The notes under the pieces are model-generated. The model had not been told where the DNA came from. It searched no databases and worked only from the letters and a program-made list of their open reading frames with translations. Below, piece after piece: positions 19,160-27,840 of a stretch of 64,000 nt of DNA (within the stretch, counting starts at the first letter, position 1; the number at the start of each line of letters is the position of its first letter). The stretch comes from an uncultured Bifidobacterium sp. GTDB lineage: Bacteria; Verrucomicrobiota; Verrucomicrobiia; Limisphaerales; JADJPG01. Location of the stretch: assembly GCA_964491875.1 (NCBI GenBank), contig CAZBIC010000026.1:48090-112089 (forward strand), read 5' to 3'. A program made the position numbers and the translations under genes.

Positions 19160-20734
19160 GTGATACCTCTGGACGGCCACCATCTGTCACTCCAGGACGT
19201 CTGGCGTGTCTCCTGTCTCCAAGCCCCGTGCCAGCTCGCGGACAGTTCGCGCCCGCTCGTGCGCCGCAGTCGTGAGCTCGTGGACAAGCTCGCCGCCGAA
19301 CCTCGCGCCATCTACGGCATCAATACCGGATTCGGCCCGCTCAGCGGCTTCCGCGTCAGCAACGAGGATCAAGCCCAGCATCAGATCAACCTACTGCATC
19401 ATCTCTTCTGCGGTCAGGGCGTGCTCTACTCCGAAGTCGAAACGCGGGCCATCATGCTCGCCCGCGCGAACGCGCTCGCGCGCGGTTACTCCGGCATTCG
19501 CGAGGAACTGATCGAGCTGCTCATCGCCGCGTTGAACAAGGGCATCCTCCCGGAGATTCCCAGCGAAGGCTCCGTTGGCGCCAGTGGCGACCTCGTTCCG
19601 CTTGCGCATATGGGCGGATTGCTCGTCGGCCTCGGCCACGCTCGCGTCGGCGGCAAGCGTCTCTCAAGCGCGGACGCACTCCGCCAAGCCGGACTTACTC
19701 CCGCCGTTCTCCGCGCGAAGGAAGGTCTCGCGCTCGTGAACGGCACGTCCGTGATGACCGCCCTTGCCGCGCTAGCCACGCACGAAGCCGATCGCATCCT
19801 CCGCTGGATGGAACTGCTCGCGTCGTGCCTGTTTCAAGTTCTCGGTGGCGAACCGGAAGTGCTCTGTGGTCAGGCGCACATGGCTCGCGGATTTCGCGGA
19901 CAGTCGCTCGTCGCGCGACGCATCAGTGATTCGCTGCGCACGCATCCCGATTACGCCCGTCGCATCGATGACCATCAGTGGGGCTCGATGCCCAAGCTGG
20001 TCGATGCCGGCGCGGAGATTCAAGATCCGTATTCGCTCCGCTGCGTCCCGCAGGTGCTCGGCGCATTCCAAGAAGCACTCTGGCACGTCGAGGAAGTCGT
20101 CACGCGTGAGCTGAACGCCAGCACCGACAACCCGCTCATCTTCCCGGACACGGGCATGGTGATTCACTGCGGCAATTTCTACGGGCAACAGGTCGCCATG
20201 GTGAGCGATTACCTGCGCATGGGCCTCATCAAGACAGCCCTCCTCGCCGAGCGCCAGATCGAGCGTCTCGTGAACTGGCGTTACAGCCGTGGCTTGCCGC
20301 CGATGCTCACGGGCGGCGCCGCGGGTTTAAACACCGGCTTCTCCGGCGCGCAACTTCTCGCCACATCACTCGCTGCGGAAGCGCGTTTGCTCGGCACACC
20401 CGCTTCCATCCAGACGATCCCGACGAACGCCAACAACCAGGACGTGGTCAGCATGGGCAGCATCGCCGCGAAGATGACGCGCACCGCGTTGCCGCTCGTC
20501 TGGAAGATTCTCGCCATCGAAACGCTCGCGCTGGTGCAGGCGGCTGACTTGCGCGGGAAGGACTTCGTGCTCGGCAGCGACTTCCGCAAGCTTCACGACA
20601 TTGTGCGCGGCGTCTCCGCGCAGCTCGGCAGTGATCGCCCGCTCGTGACGGACATTGAAGAAGTCACGCGACTGCTTCAGTCTGAGGAAGTGCAGCAGCA
20701 ATGTCTCGCGCCTCAAATCGAAAATGAACACTGA
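19160..20734 (+). CDS. Aromatic amino acid ammonia-lyase (HAL/PAL/TAL family, TAL-like selectivity residues)
   Basis: MIO triad in GSVGASGDLVPLAHM, plus NTGFGPLS. The selectivity-switch position reads NLLHHLFCGQG (His-Leu). Start uncertain: the track gives TTG 19115, which lies inside the terminator hairpin. I prefer GTG 19160 (IPLDGHHLSLQDV). Confidence 0.85.
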   Translation: MIPLDGHHLSLQDVWRVSCLQAPCQLADSSRPLVRRSRELVDKLAAEPRAIYGINTGFGPLSGFRVSNEDQAQHQINLLHHLFCGQGVLYSEVETRAIMLARANALARGYSGIREELIELLIAALNKGILPEIPSEGSVGASGDLVPLAHMGGLLVGLGHARVGGKRLSSADALRQAGLTPAVLRAKEGLALVNGTSVMTALAALATHEADRILRWMELLASCLFQVLGGEPEVLCGQAHMARGFRGQSLVARRISDSLRTHPDYARRIDDHQWGSMPKLVDAGAEIQDPYSLRCVPQVLGAFQEALWHVEEVVTRELNASTDNPLIFPDTGMVIHCGNFYGQQVAMVSDYLRMGLIKTALLAERQIERLVNWRYSRGLPPMLTGGAAGLNTGFSGAQLLATSLAAEARLLGTPASIQTIPTNANNQDVVSMGSIAAKMTRTALPLVWKILAIETLALVQAADLRGKDFVLGSDFRKLHDIVRGVSAQLGSDRPLVTDIEEVTRLLQSEEVQQQCLAPQIENEH

Positions 20735-21980
20735 CGTCGATGTGCTGATTATTGGTGCCGGCCCGGCGGGTTGCGTCGCCGCGTCGCTCCTGCACCGCGA
20801 GGGCTTCAAGGTGCGTGTCATCGAGAAGCAACGCTTCCCGCGCTTTGTCATCGGCGAGAGCCTGTTGCCGCACTGCATGGATTACCTTCAGGAAGCCGGC
20901 CTGTTGGAAGCGGTCGCGAAGGAGAATTTCATCCAGAAAAACGGCGCGGTGTTTCATCGCGATGGCGGCACGTGCAATTTCGATTTCTCCGCGCAGTTCA
21001 CCGAAGGCTGGAAATACACCTGGCAGGTCACGCGCGCCGAGTTCGATCTCGCGCTGGCCAACGCGGTGAAGGACATGGGCGGGGAGGTGTTGTTCGAGCG
21101 CAGCGTTACTTCCGTCGAGTTTCTCGACACGCACGCGACCGCGACCGTCTCGCATCCGGACGGCTCGTCGCAGAATGTCACCGCGAAGTTCATCCTCGAT
21201 TGCAGCGGCTACGGACGCGTCTTGCCGCGCCTGCTCGATCTGGAACGTCCATCGAACTTCCCGGTGCGCGAGGCATTGTTCGCGCACGTCACGGGCGATC
21301 ACCGACCCGAAGGTCGCGAGGAAGGAAAAATTTGGGCGTGCCTGCATCCGAGCGGCGCATGGCTGTGGATCATTCCGTTCTCCAACGGCCGCACAAGCGT
21401 CGGCGTCGTCGCCACGCCGGAGATTTTCGCGCAGTTCCCCGGCACGCCGGAGGAACAGCTGCGCGCGATCGTTTCGACCGACCCCAGTGCCGGGCCGCGT
21501 TTGCGCGACATGGAACTGGCCTTCGTGCCGCAACGCATTGTCGGATTCTCCTGCGGCGTGAAACAAATTCACGGCCCCCGCTACGCGCTGGTGGGCAACG
21601 CGACGGAGTTTCTCGATCCGATCTTCAGCTCCGGTGTCACGCTCGCGCTCGCCTCTGCCAGTCGCGCCGCGAAGACGCTGACGCGCGAACTGCGCGGTGA
21701 GACGGTGAACTGGCAGGCGGATTACGCGGACTGGGTAATGGGCGGCATCAACGCCTTCCGCGCCTATGTGACCGCTTGGTATGACGGCACGTTGCCCGAC
21801 ATCTTTTTCAACGCCGGCCGAAATCGCGACATCATGCGCCAGGTCTGCTCCGTACTCGCAGGTTACGTGTGGGACAAGAGTAATCCCTACGTGACTCAAC
21901 CCGAGCGCGCGCTGCCGCTGCTCTCGCGCATCATTAAGAGCCAGGCTGCAGCCGTCGAGACGGCGACGGCCGTGAAGTAA
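20724..21980 (+). CDS. Flavin-dependent halogenase (phenol/pyrrole type)
   Basis: VLIIGAGPAGC FAD fold, KQRFPRFVIGESLLP, WLWIIP (WxWxIP) and FLDPIFSSG (FxxPxxSxG). The ATG at 20724 overlaps the lyase gene by 11 nt. Confidence 0.8.
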   Translation: MNTDVDVLIIGAGPAGCVAASLLHREGFKVRVIEKQRFPRFVIGESLLPHCMDYLQEAGLLEAVAKENFIQKNGAVFHRDGGTCNFDFSAQFTEGWKYTWQVTRAEFDLALANAVKDMGGEVLFERSVTSVEFLDTHATATVSHPDGSSQNVTAKFILDCSGYGRVLPRLLDLERPSNFPVREALFAHVTGDHRPEGREEGKIWACLHPSGAWLWIIPFSNGRTSVGVVATPEIFAQFPGTPEEQLRAIVSTDPSAGPRLRDMELAFVPQRIVGFSCGVKQIHGPRYALVGNATEFLDPIFSSGVTLALASASRAAKTLTRELRGETVNWQADYADWVMGGINAFRAYVTAWYDGTLPDIFFNAGRNRDIMRQVCSVLAGYVWDKSNPYVTQPERALPLLSRIIKSQAAAVETATAVK

Positions 21981-21995
21981 TCCGTCGTTCGCTCC

Positions 21996-23072
21996 ATGGA
22001 TTCCAAGCCCCTCTTCTCCCAGGACAACAAGAGCGCGTTCGACGCAAAGGCCGAGGCGCAACGCATCGCCTATGCCCCTGTGGCGTTCCAAGCGTGCCGC
22101 GTGCTGCGCACCGAGGGAATTCTCGAGGCGGTGCAGAAGAGTGGTTCCACCGGCATCACGCTCGCGGACGTCGTGGCGAAGGTCAGCCTGCCGCGTTACG
22201 GCGTGAAGGTGTTGATGGAAGCTGGGCTCGGCGTCGGGCTCTTCTGCCTGAACGATGGCCGCTACACGATCACCAAGCTCGGCTACTTCATGCTTCGCGA
22301 CCCGATGACGCGCATCAACATGGACGTGGTGCATGATGTCTTCTATCGCGGCTTCTTCGATCTCGATAAGGCGGTGCGCGAAGGAAAACCCGCCGGTCTG
22401 AAATCGCTCGGCGACTGGCCAACGATCTACGAGGGACTCTCCTCGCTCGAGCCACAAGCCCGCGAAAGCTGGCTGGCGTGGGACCATTACTATTCCGATC
22501 AGGCGTTCCCCGCCGCGCTGCCGATCGTCTTCGCTCATCAGCCGAAGCGATTGCTCGATGTCGGCGGGAACACCGGCAAGTTCGCCATCCAATGCGCGAA
22601 GCACAACGCCGACGTGCGCATCACCATTGCGGACCTCGACAAGCAACTCGCGCTGGCGAAGTCGAATCTCCAGCAGCACGGCGTCGCGGATCGTGTGGAC
22701 CTGCAAGCAGTGAATCTGCTCGATGAATCGGCCACGCTGCCGGGAGGTCACGACGCGATTTGGATGAGCCAGTTCCTCGACTGTTTCTCCGAGCAGCAAA
22801 TCGTTTCGATCCTGCGCCGCGCCGCCGCCGCGATGACGCCGGACACGCGGCTCTACATTCTCGAACTGCTCTGGGACCGGCAGCCGAACGAAACGGCGGC
22901 GTTTTGTCTCCAACAGATTTCGCTCTACTTCACCTGCCTCGCGAACGGCAACAGCCAGATGTATCACTCCTCGGACCTGCTCGGCTGCATCCAGCAAGCG
23001 GGCCTTGTCGTCGAGGAGCAGCGCGACCAAGTGGGCCTCTACCACACGCTCATCACCTGCCGGAAGGCGTGA
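21996..23072 (+). CDS. SAM-dependent O-methyltransferase (family 2 type)
   Basis: SAM motif LLDVGGNTGKFA, an N-terminal dimerisation-like region, and 358 aa length typical for small-molecule OMTs. Confidence 0.85.
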   Translation: MDSKPLFSQDNKSAFDAKAEAQRIAYAPVAFQACRVLRTEGILEAVQKSGSTGITLADVVAKVSLPRYGVKVLMEAGLGVGLFCLNDGRYTITKLGYFMLRDPMTRINMDVVHDVFYRGFFDLDKAVREGKPAGLKSLGDWPTIYEGLSSLEPQARESWLAWDHYYSDQAFPAALPIVFAHQPKRLLDVGGNTGKFAIQCAKHNADVRITIADLDKQLALAKSNLQQHGVADRVDLQAVNLLDESATLPGGHDAIWMSQFLDCFSEQQIVSILRRAAAAMTPDTRLYILELLWDRQPNETAAFCLQQISLYFTCLANGNSQMYHSSDLLGCIQQAGLVVEEQRDQVGLYHTLITCRKA

Positions 23073-23085
23073 GGCAATATTGGAC

Positions 23086-23184
23086 CGCGGCTCTGTGAGC
23101 CGCAGCAACGTGGAACTTCGATCCGCTCCCGATTCTTGAGGGCGTGGTGTGAGGAGTAAGATTGCTGCGGGTCACAGACCCGCG
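23086..23184. repeat. REP-like pair of inverted hairpin elements
   Basis: CGCGGCTCTGTGAGCCGCAGCAA (23086..23108) and TTGCTGCGGGTCACAGACCCGCG (23162..23184) are reverse complements with 2 mismatches. Each mismatch is compensated within its own 7-bp hairpin. Confidence 0.5.
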
Positions 23185-23498
23185 CTCCGGAGTGCGGCGC
23201 TTACACCTCTTTAGCGCCCAACACCTCCACTTCCTTCTAGATGCTCCGGACGCCCGAATCGAGAATGACCCTAAAGCTGTTCCACTCATTGGTAGGTTGA
23301 CTTCGCGACTAGCTGTAGAAGCCTCGGCTTCGACGCGGCGCGCGGCCAAGGTTTGGCCAACGATGCGCCTGCTCGTCGTTGTGGCTTCAAACGAACTATG
23401 AAGCCAAATCGCCGAAAGCATAATCCGTATCGAGATCCGCAAAGCTGCCAGCCTCCACACCCAAAAGCCTTCTCCCCTTTGTCAGACAAGAAGGAGTG

Positions 23499-25079
23499 TC
23501 ACAGTGCGAAGCCGATTCCTGCCACCGCGGCATCGCCGCGCGCGAGCCAGCTTTCGAGGCCGTAACGTTCGTAGCGGAAGAATAGTTTTCCACGCGGGCG
23601 ACGCACGCCAGCTTCCGCCTGCCAGTCCGGCGTTTCGTTACCGATGGAGCCAAGCCCGCGCGCATAGAGCACGCAGCCACGAATCGCCGCCGCGTCCCAG
23701 TTCAAGCCGACCTGCCCGGACGGATTCGCGCGCTCGCGCGAATGATGAAAGTCGTGGCCGATGGTCAGCCGCCAGTCGAAGCGATTCAGCCAGCGCGTTT
23801 CGGCGGCGTAGATGCCCGGGTCGCGATACGGTAGATCCCAACCGAGCGTCTGCACGCGCAGGCGGGGACCGAGATTGATGCTGTTATGCGGCAGCGTTTC
23901 GCCGGCGGGAACACGGTCCGCATCCGGCGCGAGCACGTGCGCGCTGCGATGCAGATACTCCAGGCCCACCACGAGCGGCTGTCCTTGCGAGAAGACTGAC
24001 GCCAGACCAACCCGCGCCTGCGCGCCGATGCTGACGGTGTAGGAGATGTTGTCGTAATCGCCCGGCCGATACTCCTGACGTGATTCGTAGGTGAGGATGC
24101 CGGTCAGCATCTGATCGAACAGCTCCGAGTCATGGAACTCCGCGGTGAGCTCCGTGCGTTGAATGGAACGTTCGCCGCCGTAGCCGAGATCATACTGGCC
24201 CCAGACCAGCGGCAGCCAGCCGGTTGGACGGTTTTCACGCGCGTCGTAGAGCTTTTCCGTGTCGAGCGACGCGCTGACCTCCACGCCGAGCAGGAGCGAC
24301 GAGGAACGATCTTCGTAAAACGGATTACCATCATTCGCCCACCATTGGGCGCGGAATCGGGCGCGATTGCCGTTCGACGAAGGCAGTTCCAGAACCGGGC
24401 CGATGCGATAGTGACCGTGGAACTTCTCCTCGTCGTTCGCGGATTCCACATCCGCTTCGAGACTGAGCCACGGCTGAATTTTCGTCTCGCCCATCTCCCG
24501 ATCGGCGAATCCATACACGCGCCACGCCAGGTGAATGTCGCTCCACCAATCCGCATCCAGCCGGCGACGATGCGCGAATCCGCCCACAGCCACGCGCCAT
24601 TCGAATCGTGAAATCTCCGTGCGCACCGGTGAGCCGAGGCCAAGACCAACCTCGCAGGCATCGAGCAAGCCGGGCCGATCCTGAAACGCTGTGCGATGAT
24701 AACCGGCGACGCCGAGCAGCCGGAAATTCTCGGCGAACTGGAAGTCGGCTTCGAATTGATTGCGGAGATTGAGCAGTTGGGTCTGCGAACCTTCTCGCAG
24801 CACCGGCGTGGTTTCCTTCTGCTGATAGCGCAACGACCAACTGTCCTCGTGGACGAGCGGAATGAGGACGCGCGTCTCGGCCATGTAGCTGTGGTGATCG
24901 CCGAAGAGCGGACCGATGAGGCCATCGATCGTGGGTTGCGTGCGGTCTTCGGCGACGGCTGATGAAGCGATTAGGAAAGTAGCCACCGACGTGAGGAGGT
25001 GGATTCCCCAGAACATCGAACGCACCGCCTCCTCACGTCGACGGCTACAGCCGAGCTTCGTGCGGTCGTCGGCTCTCAT
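23499..25079 (-). CDS. Hypothetical secreted protein, putative outer-membrane beta-barrel
   Basis: Internal signal-like segment MFWGIHLLTSVATFLIASSAVA. Many short alternating hydrophobic/polar stretches ending in aromatic residues (RVAVGGFAHRR, HLAWRVYGF, RFRAQWWAND). The start at 25079 overlaps the halogenase stop (ATGA). An alternative start is M22 at 25016. Confidence 0.5.
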   Translation of the reverse strand: MRADDRTKLGCSRRREEAVRSMFWGIHLLTSVATFLIASSAVAEDRTQPTIDGLIGPLFGDHHSYMAETRVLIPLVHEDSWSLRYQQKETTPVLREGSQTQLLNLRNQFEADFQFAENFRLLGVAGYHRTAFQDRPGLLDACEVGLGLGSPVRTEISRFEWRVAVGGFAHRRRLDADWWSDIHLAWRVYGFADREMGETKIQPWLSLEADVESANDEEKFHGHYRIGPVLELPSSNGNRARFRAQWWANDGNPFYEDRSSSLLLGVEVSASLDTEKLYDARENRPTGWLPLVWGQYDLGYGGERSIQRTELTAEFHDSELFDQMLTGILTYESRQEYRPGDYDNISYTVSIGAQARVGLASVFSQGQPLVVGLEYLHRSAHVLAPDADRVPAGETLPHNSINLGPRLRVQTLGWDLPYRDPGIYAAETRWLNRFDWRLTIGHDFHHSRERANPSGQVGLNWDAAAIRGCVLYARGLGSIGNETPDWQAEAGVRRPRGKLFFRYERYGLESWLARGDAAVAGIGFAL

Positions 25080-26335
25080 CGAATCGCCAGCTGCGCGGGG
25101 TTCTCATCCTTGAGCCCATACTTCATCGCGAAACGCAGCAGGCCCACGCTGTAGGGCGAAGTCGACGCCGCGCCGCTGAAGATGCGGCCGAGATGCTTGT
25201 TCATGTGCGGGAAAGTCAGCTTCACAAGCAGTGTATCGCGCAACATCTGGCCGACTTTGAAGCAGGTGAACAGGCGGCCATTGTAAAAGTAATCCACGAT
25301 CTCATGCCACGTCGCGAGGTGATGAATCACCTCGCGCTCGTAATGCTTCATCGCGTCGGGCGTGCCCTTGAGCATCGCGTCCGCGAGCATAAACGCGCCG
25401 TTCATACCGAGGAACAATCCGCTCGAAAAGACCGGGTCGATGAACCCCGCGGTGTCGCCGACCAGCGCCCAGTTCTCGCCCACGCTGCGCGAAGAAACGA
25501 GCTGGTAGTTGGTGTACTCCATCACAGGTGTGATGCGTTTCGCGCCACCGGCGACGGTTCGCAGCACGGAATCCTGCTGGAGCAAATTGTCGTAACGCTC
25601 CTCCTTCGTCGCGCCAAAGCGTTGCGCGTGATCGCGTCCGAGCACCATGCCGAGCAACACGCGGCCGCGCAGCGGAATGCGCCAGCTCCAGCCGTGATCC
25701 AACCTCGTGGTGTGAACGTGGCCTTCGTGCTCGATGACGGTTTGGTCCACATGAGCGAAGAGCGCAACGTCCTTGCGCCGCCCTTCCGAGCTCGAGATGC
25801 CGAGCAGGTTCGGCAGGAGACGCACGCGCCCGGTGGCGTCGATGATCCAGTCCGGCTGCCCGCGGAAGAAATCGCCCGTGGCCGCCAGCGTTTCCCCGCT
25901 GAGCTGAACGCGGTCAGTAGTTCCTACGCGCTCAACACCAGCCATGATTTCAAACACCGACGCTCCGGCGCGTTTCGCGGCGTTCAGCAACGTGTCATCG
26001 AACCGCTCGCGGGGAACGTTGTAGGCGTAGCGCGCCGTGCGACCGGTGAGCGTTTTGAAGAAGAAGGTGAAATTGACCTCGTCGTTCAGGTTAAACGTCG
26101 CACCCGGCTTGAGCATGCTGTAGGCGCGAACTTCATCCTCCACCCCGAGCTGTTGCAGCATCGGGATGATGGCGGGCACGAGCGATTCGCCGACGATGAG
26201 CGGCGCAGCCTTGGGTTTGTGGAACAGCGCGACGCGTTTGCCGGCGCGGGCGAGCAGGATGGCCAGCGTGCTGGCGGCGGGACCGGCTCCGAGAATGGCT
26301 ATGGTGTGGGCGTTGACCACGGTTTCGCCGGTCAC
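25076..26335 (-). CDS. Flavin-dependent halogenase (second copy)
   Basis: IAILGAGPAAS FAD fold, LIVGESLVP, WSWRIP (WxWxIP), FIDPVFSSG (FxxPxxSxG). GTG start. Confidence 0.8.
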   Translation of the reverse strand: MTGETVVNAHTIAILGAGPAASTLAILLARAGKRVALFHKPKAAPLIVGESLVPAIIPMLQQLGVEDEVRAYSMLKPGATFNLNDEVNFTFFFKTLTGRTARYAYNVPRERFDDTLLNAAKRAGASVFEIMAGVERVGTTDRVQLSGETLAATGDFFRGQPDWIIDATGRVRLLPNLLGISSSEGRRKDVALFAHVDQTVIEHEGHVHTTRLDHGWSWRIPLRGRVLLGMVLGRDHAQRFGATKEERYDNLLQQDSVLRTVAGGAKRITPVMEYTNYQLVSSRSVGENWALVGDTAGFIDPVFSSGLFLGMNGAFMLADAMLKGTPDAMKHYEREVIHHLATWHEIVDYFYNGRLFTCFKVGQMLRDTLLVKLTFPHMNKHLGRIFSGAASTSPYSVGLLRFAMKYGLKDENPAQLAIR

Positions 26336-26394
26336 ACTGCCAAGTCTCGCGCCTGGATCAAGACATCAGTTCGCGAGCGCAGAGTGAATGAAGC

Positions 26395-27840
26395 CTACTG
26401 CTCCGACTCGTCGTTGGATTCCTTCAGCCCGAAGTGTTGCAGCTTCTCGCGCACGGTCTGGCGCGACATTTTCAACCACCGTGCCGCCCGCGCTTGATTC
26501 CCTTGCGCCAGCTTGATCGCGCGGGTGAAGAGCTCGCGCTCCATCGCTTCGAACACGCGTGCGTGAACATCAATTTCGGCGCCGCTCTTGGCCTCAGCCA
26601 GCAGCTCATCCATCAGGGCTTCGATCGAACCCGATCCCGCGGGCTTGTTGTGAAAAGCCGTGTCGCCGCCCTTGGCCAGCATCATTTCCAAGACCTCCCG
26701 GCTGATGGGAAAACCACGGGACGAGAGCAATCCCTGGCGCATCACGTTCTCAAATTGTCGAACGTTTCCCGGCCAGCGCTGGTCCTTGAGCCAGGCGAGT
26801 CCGGCGGGCTGGATGGACGCATCGGCCAGCTTCAGTTCCTCGCGAAAACGGCGGAGAAAATAGTCGGCGAGTGCCGGAATATCCTCCGCGCGCTCCCGCA
26901 GCGGCGGCAGCTTGATCACCACCGAACCGAGCCGGTAGTAGAGATCTTCGCGGAAATGCTTCTCCGTGATCGCCTGTTCCAAATCGCGGTGAGTGGCGGC
27001 GATGATGCGGACGTCCACCGGAATGCTTTCCTTGCCGCCGACGCGCTGGATGATCTTTTCCTGGAGCACGCGCAGCAGCTTCGCCTGCGTGAAGGCGGTC
27101 ATGTCGCCGATCTCATCAAGAAACAGCGTGCCGCCTTGCGCCTGCTCGAACCGGCCAATGCGACGCTGGTCCGCGCCGGTGAAAGCGCCGCGTTCGTGAC
27201 CGAACAGTTCGCTTTCGAGGAGCGTTTCCGGGATCGCCGCACAGTTCACGGCGATAAAGGGTTTCCCGGCGCGATCGCTGTGCTGGTAGATGGCGCGCGC
27301 CACCAGTTCCTTGCCGGTGCCTGTCTCGCCACGGATGAGAACGGTGGCGGACGTTCCGGCGACGCGACCGATCTCCTTGTAGACGGATTGCATCGCGCGA
27401 CTATTGCCGATGATGGCCTGGGCCGTTGGCTTGTCGGACGCCGCGCCGAGCTCCACGCGTTCGCTCATCAACCGGGAGCTCGCGACGGCGCGCTTCACCA
27501 CTTCGAGCATCTCCGCGACATCGAAGGGTTTGAGGATGTATTCGAAGGCGCCGAACTTCGTGGCTTCAATGGCCGTTTCCGTCGTGCCAAAGGCGGTCAT
27601 GAGCACCATCGGCAAGCGCGGCTTCTCGACGTGAATCTGCCGAATCAGCTCCAGCCCATCGAGACCGGGCAGGCGCAGATCGGTGATGACGAGATTAAAC
27701 TCCCCGCTCTTGGCGCGCTCCAGTCCTTCATCCCCGCGATGGCAGAGCGTGACAACAAATCCCTGGGACCGCAGCAGCTTCTCCAGCGACTGCGCGGACC
27801 GCGTGTCGTCTTCAATGACCAGAATGTGTGGCGAGTTCAT
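26395..27840 (-). CDS. Sigma54-dependent response regulator (NtrC family)
   Basis: REC (ILVIEDD...DLRLPGLDG), AAA+ domain with GETGTGKE and ESELFGHERGAFTGA, and C-terminal Fis-type HTH ARAARWLKMSRQTVREKL. Confidence 0.9.
   Translation of the reverse strand: MNSPHILVIEDDTRSAQSLEKLLRSQGFVVTLCHRGDEGLERAKSGEFNLVITDLRLPGLDGLELIRQIHVEKPRLPMVLMTAFGTTETAIEATKFGAFEYILKPFDVAEMLEVVKRAVASSRLMSERVELGAASDKPTAQAIIGNSRAMQSVYKEIGRVAGTSATVLIRGETGTGKELVARAIYQHSDRAGKPFIAVNCAAIPETLLESELFGHERGAFTGADQRRIGRFEQAQGGTLFLDEIGDMTAFTQAKLLRVLQEKIIQRVGGKESIPVDVRIIAATHRDLEQAITEKHFREDLYYRLGSVVIKLPPLRERAEDIPALADYFLRRFREELKLADASIQPAGLAWLKDQRWPGNVRQFENVMRQGLLSSRGFPISREVLEMMLAKGGDTAFHNKPAGSGSIEALMDELLAEAKSGAEIDVHARVFEAMERELFTRAIKLAQGNQARAARWLKMSRQTVREKLQHFGLKESNDESEQ

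Noticed and set aside
20664-23108. 814-aa ORF antisense to the halogenase and O-methyltransferase genes
   Set aside because: It spans two clearly motif-bearing plus-strand genes and has no motifs of its own, so it is a shadow ORF.
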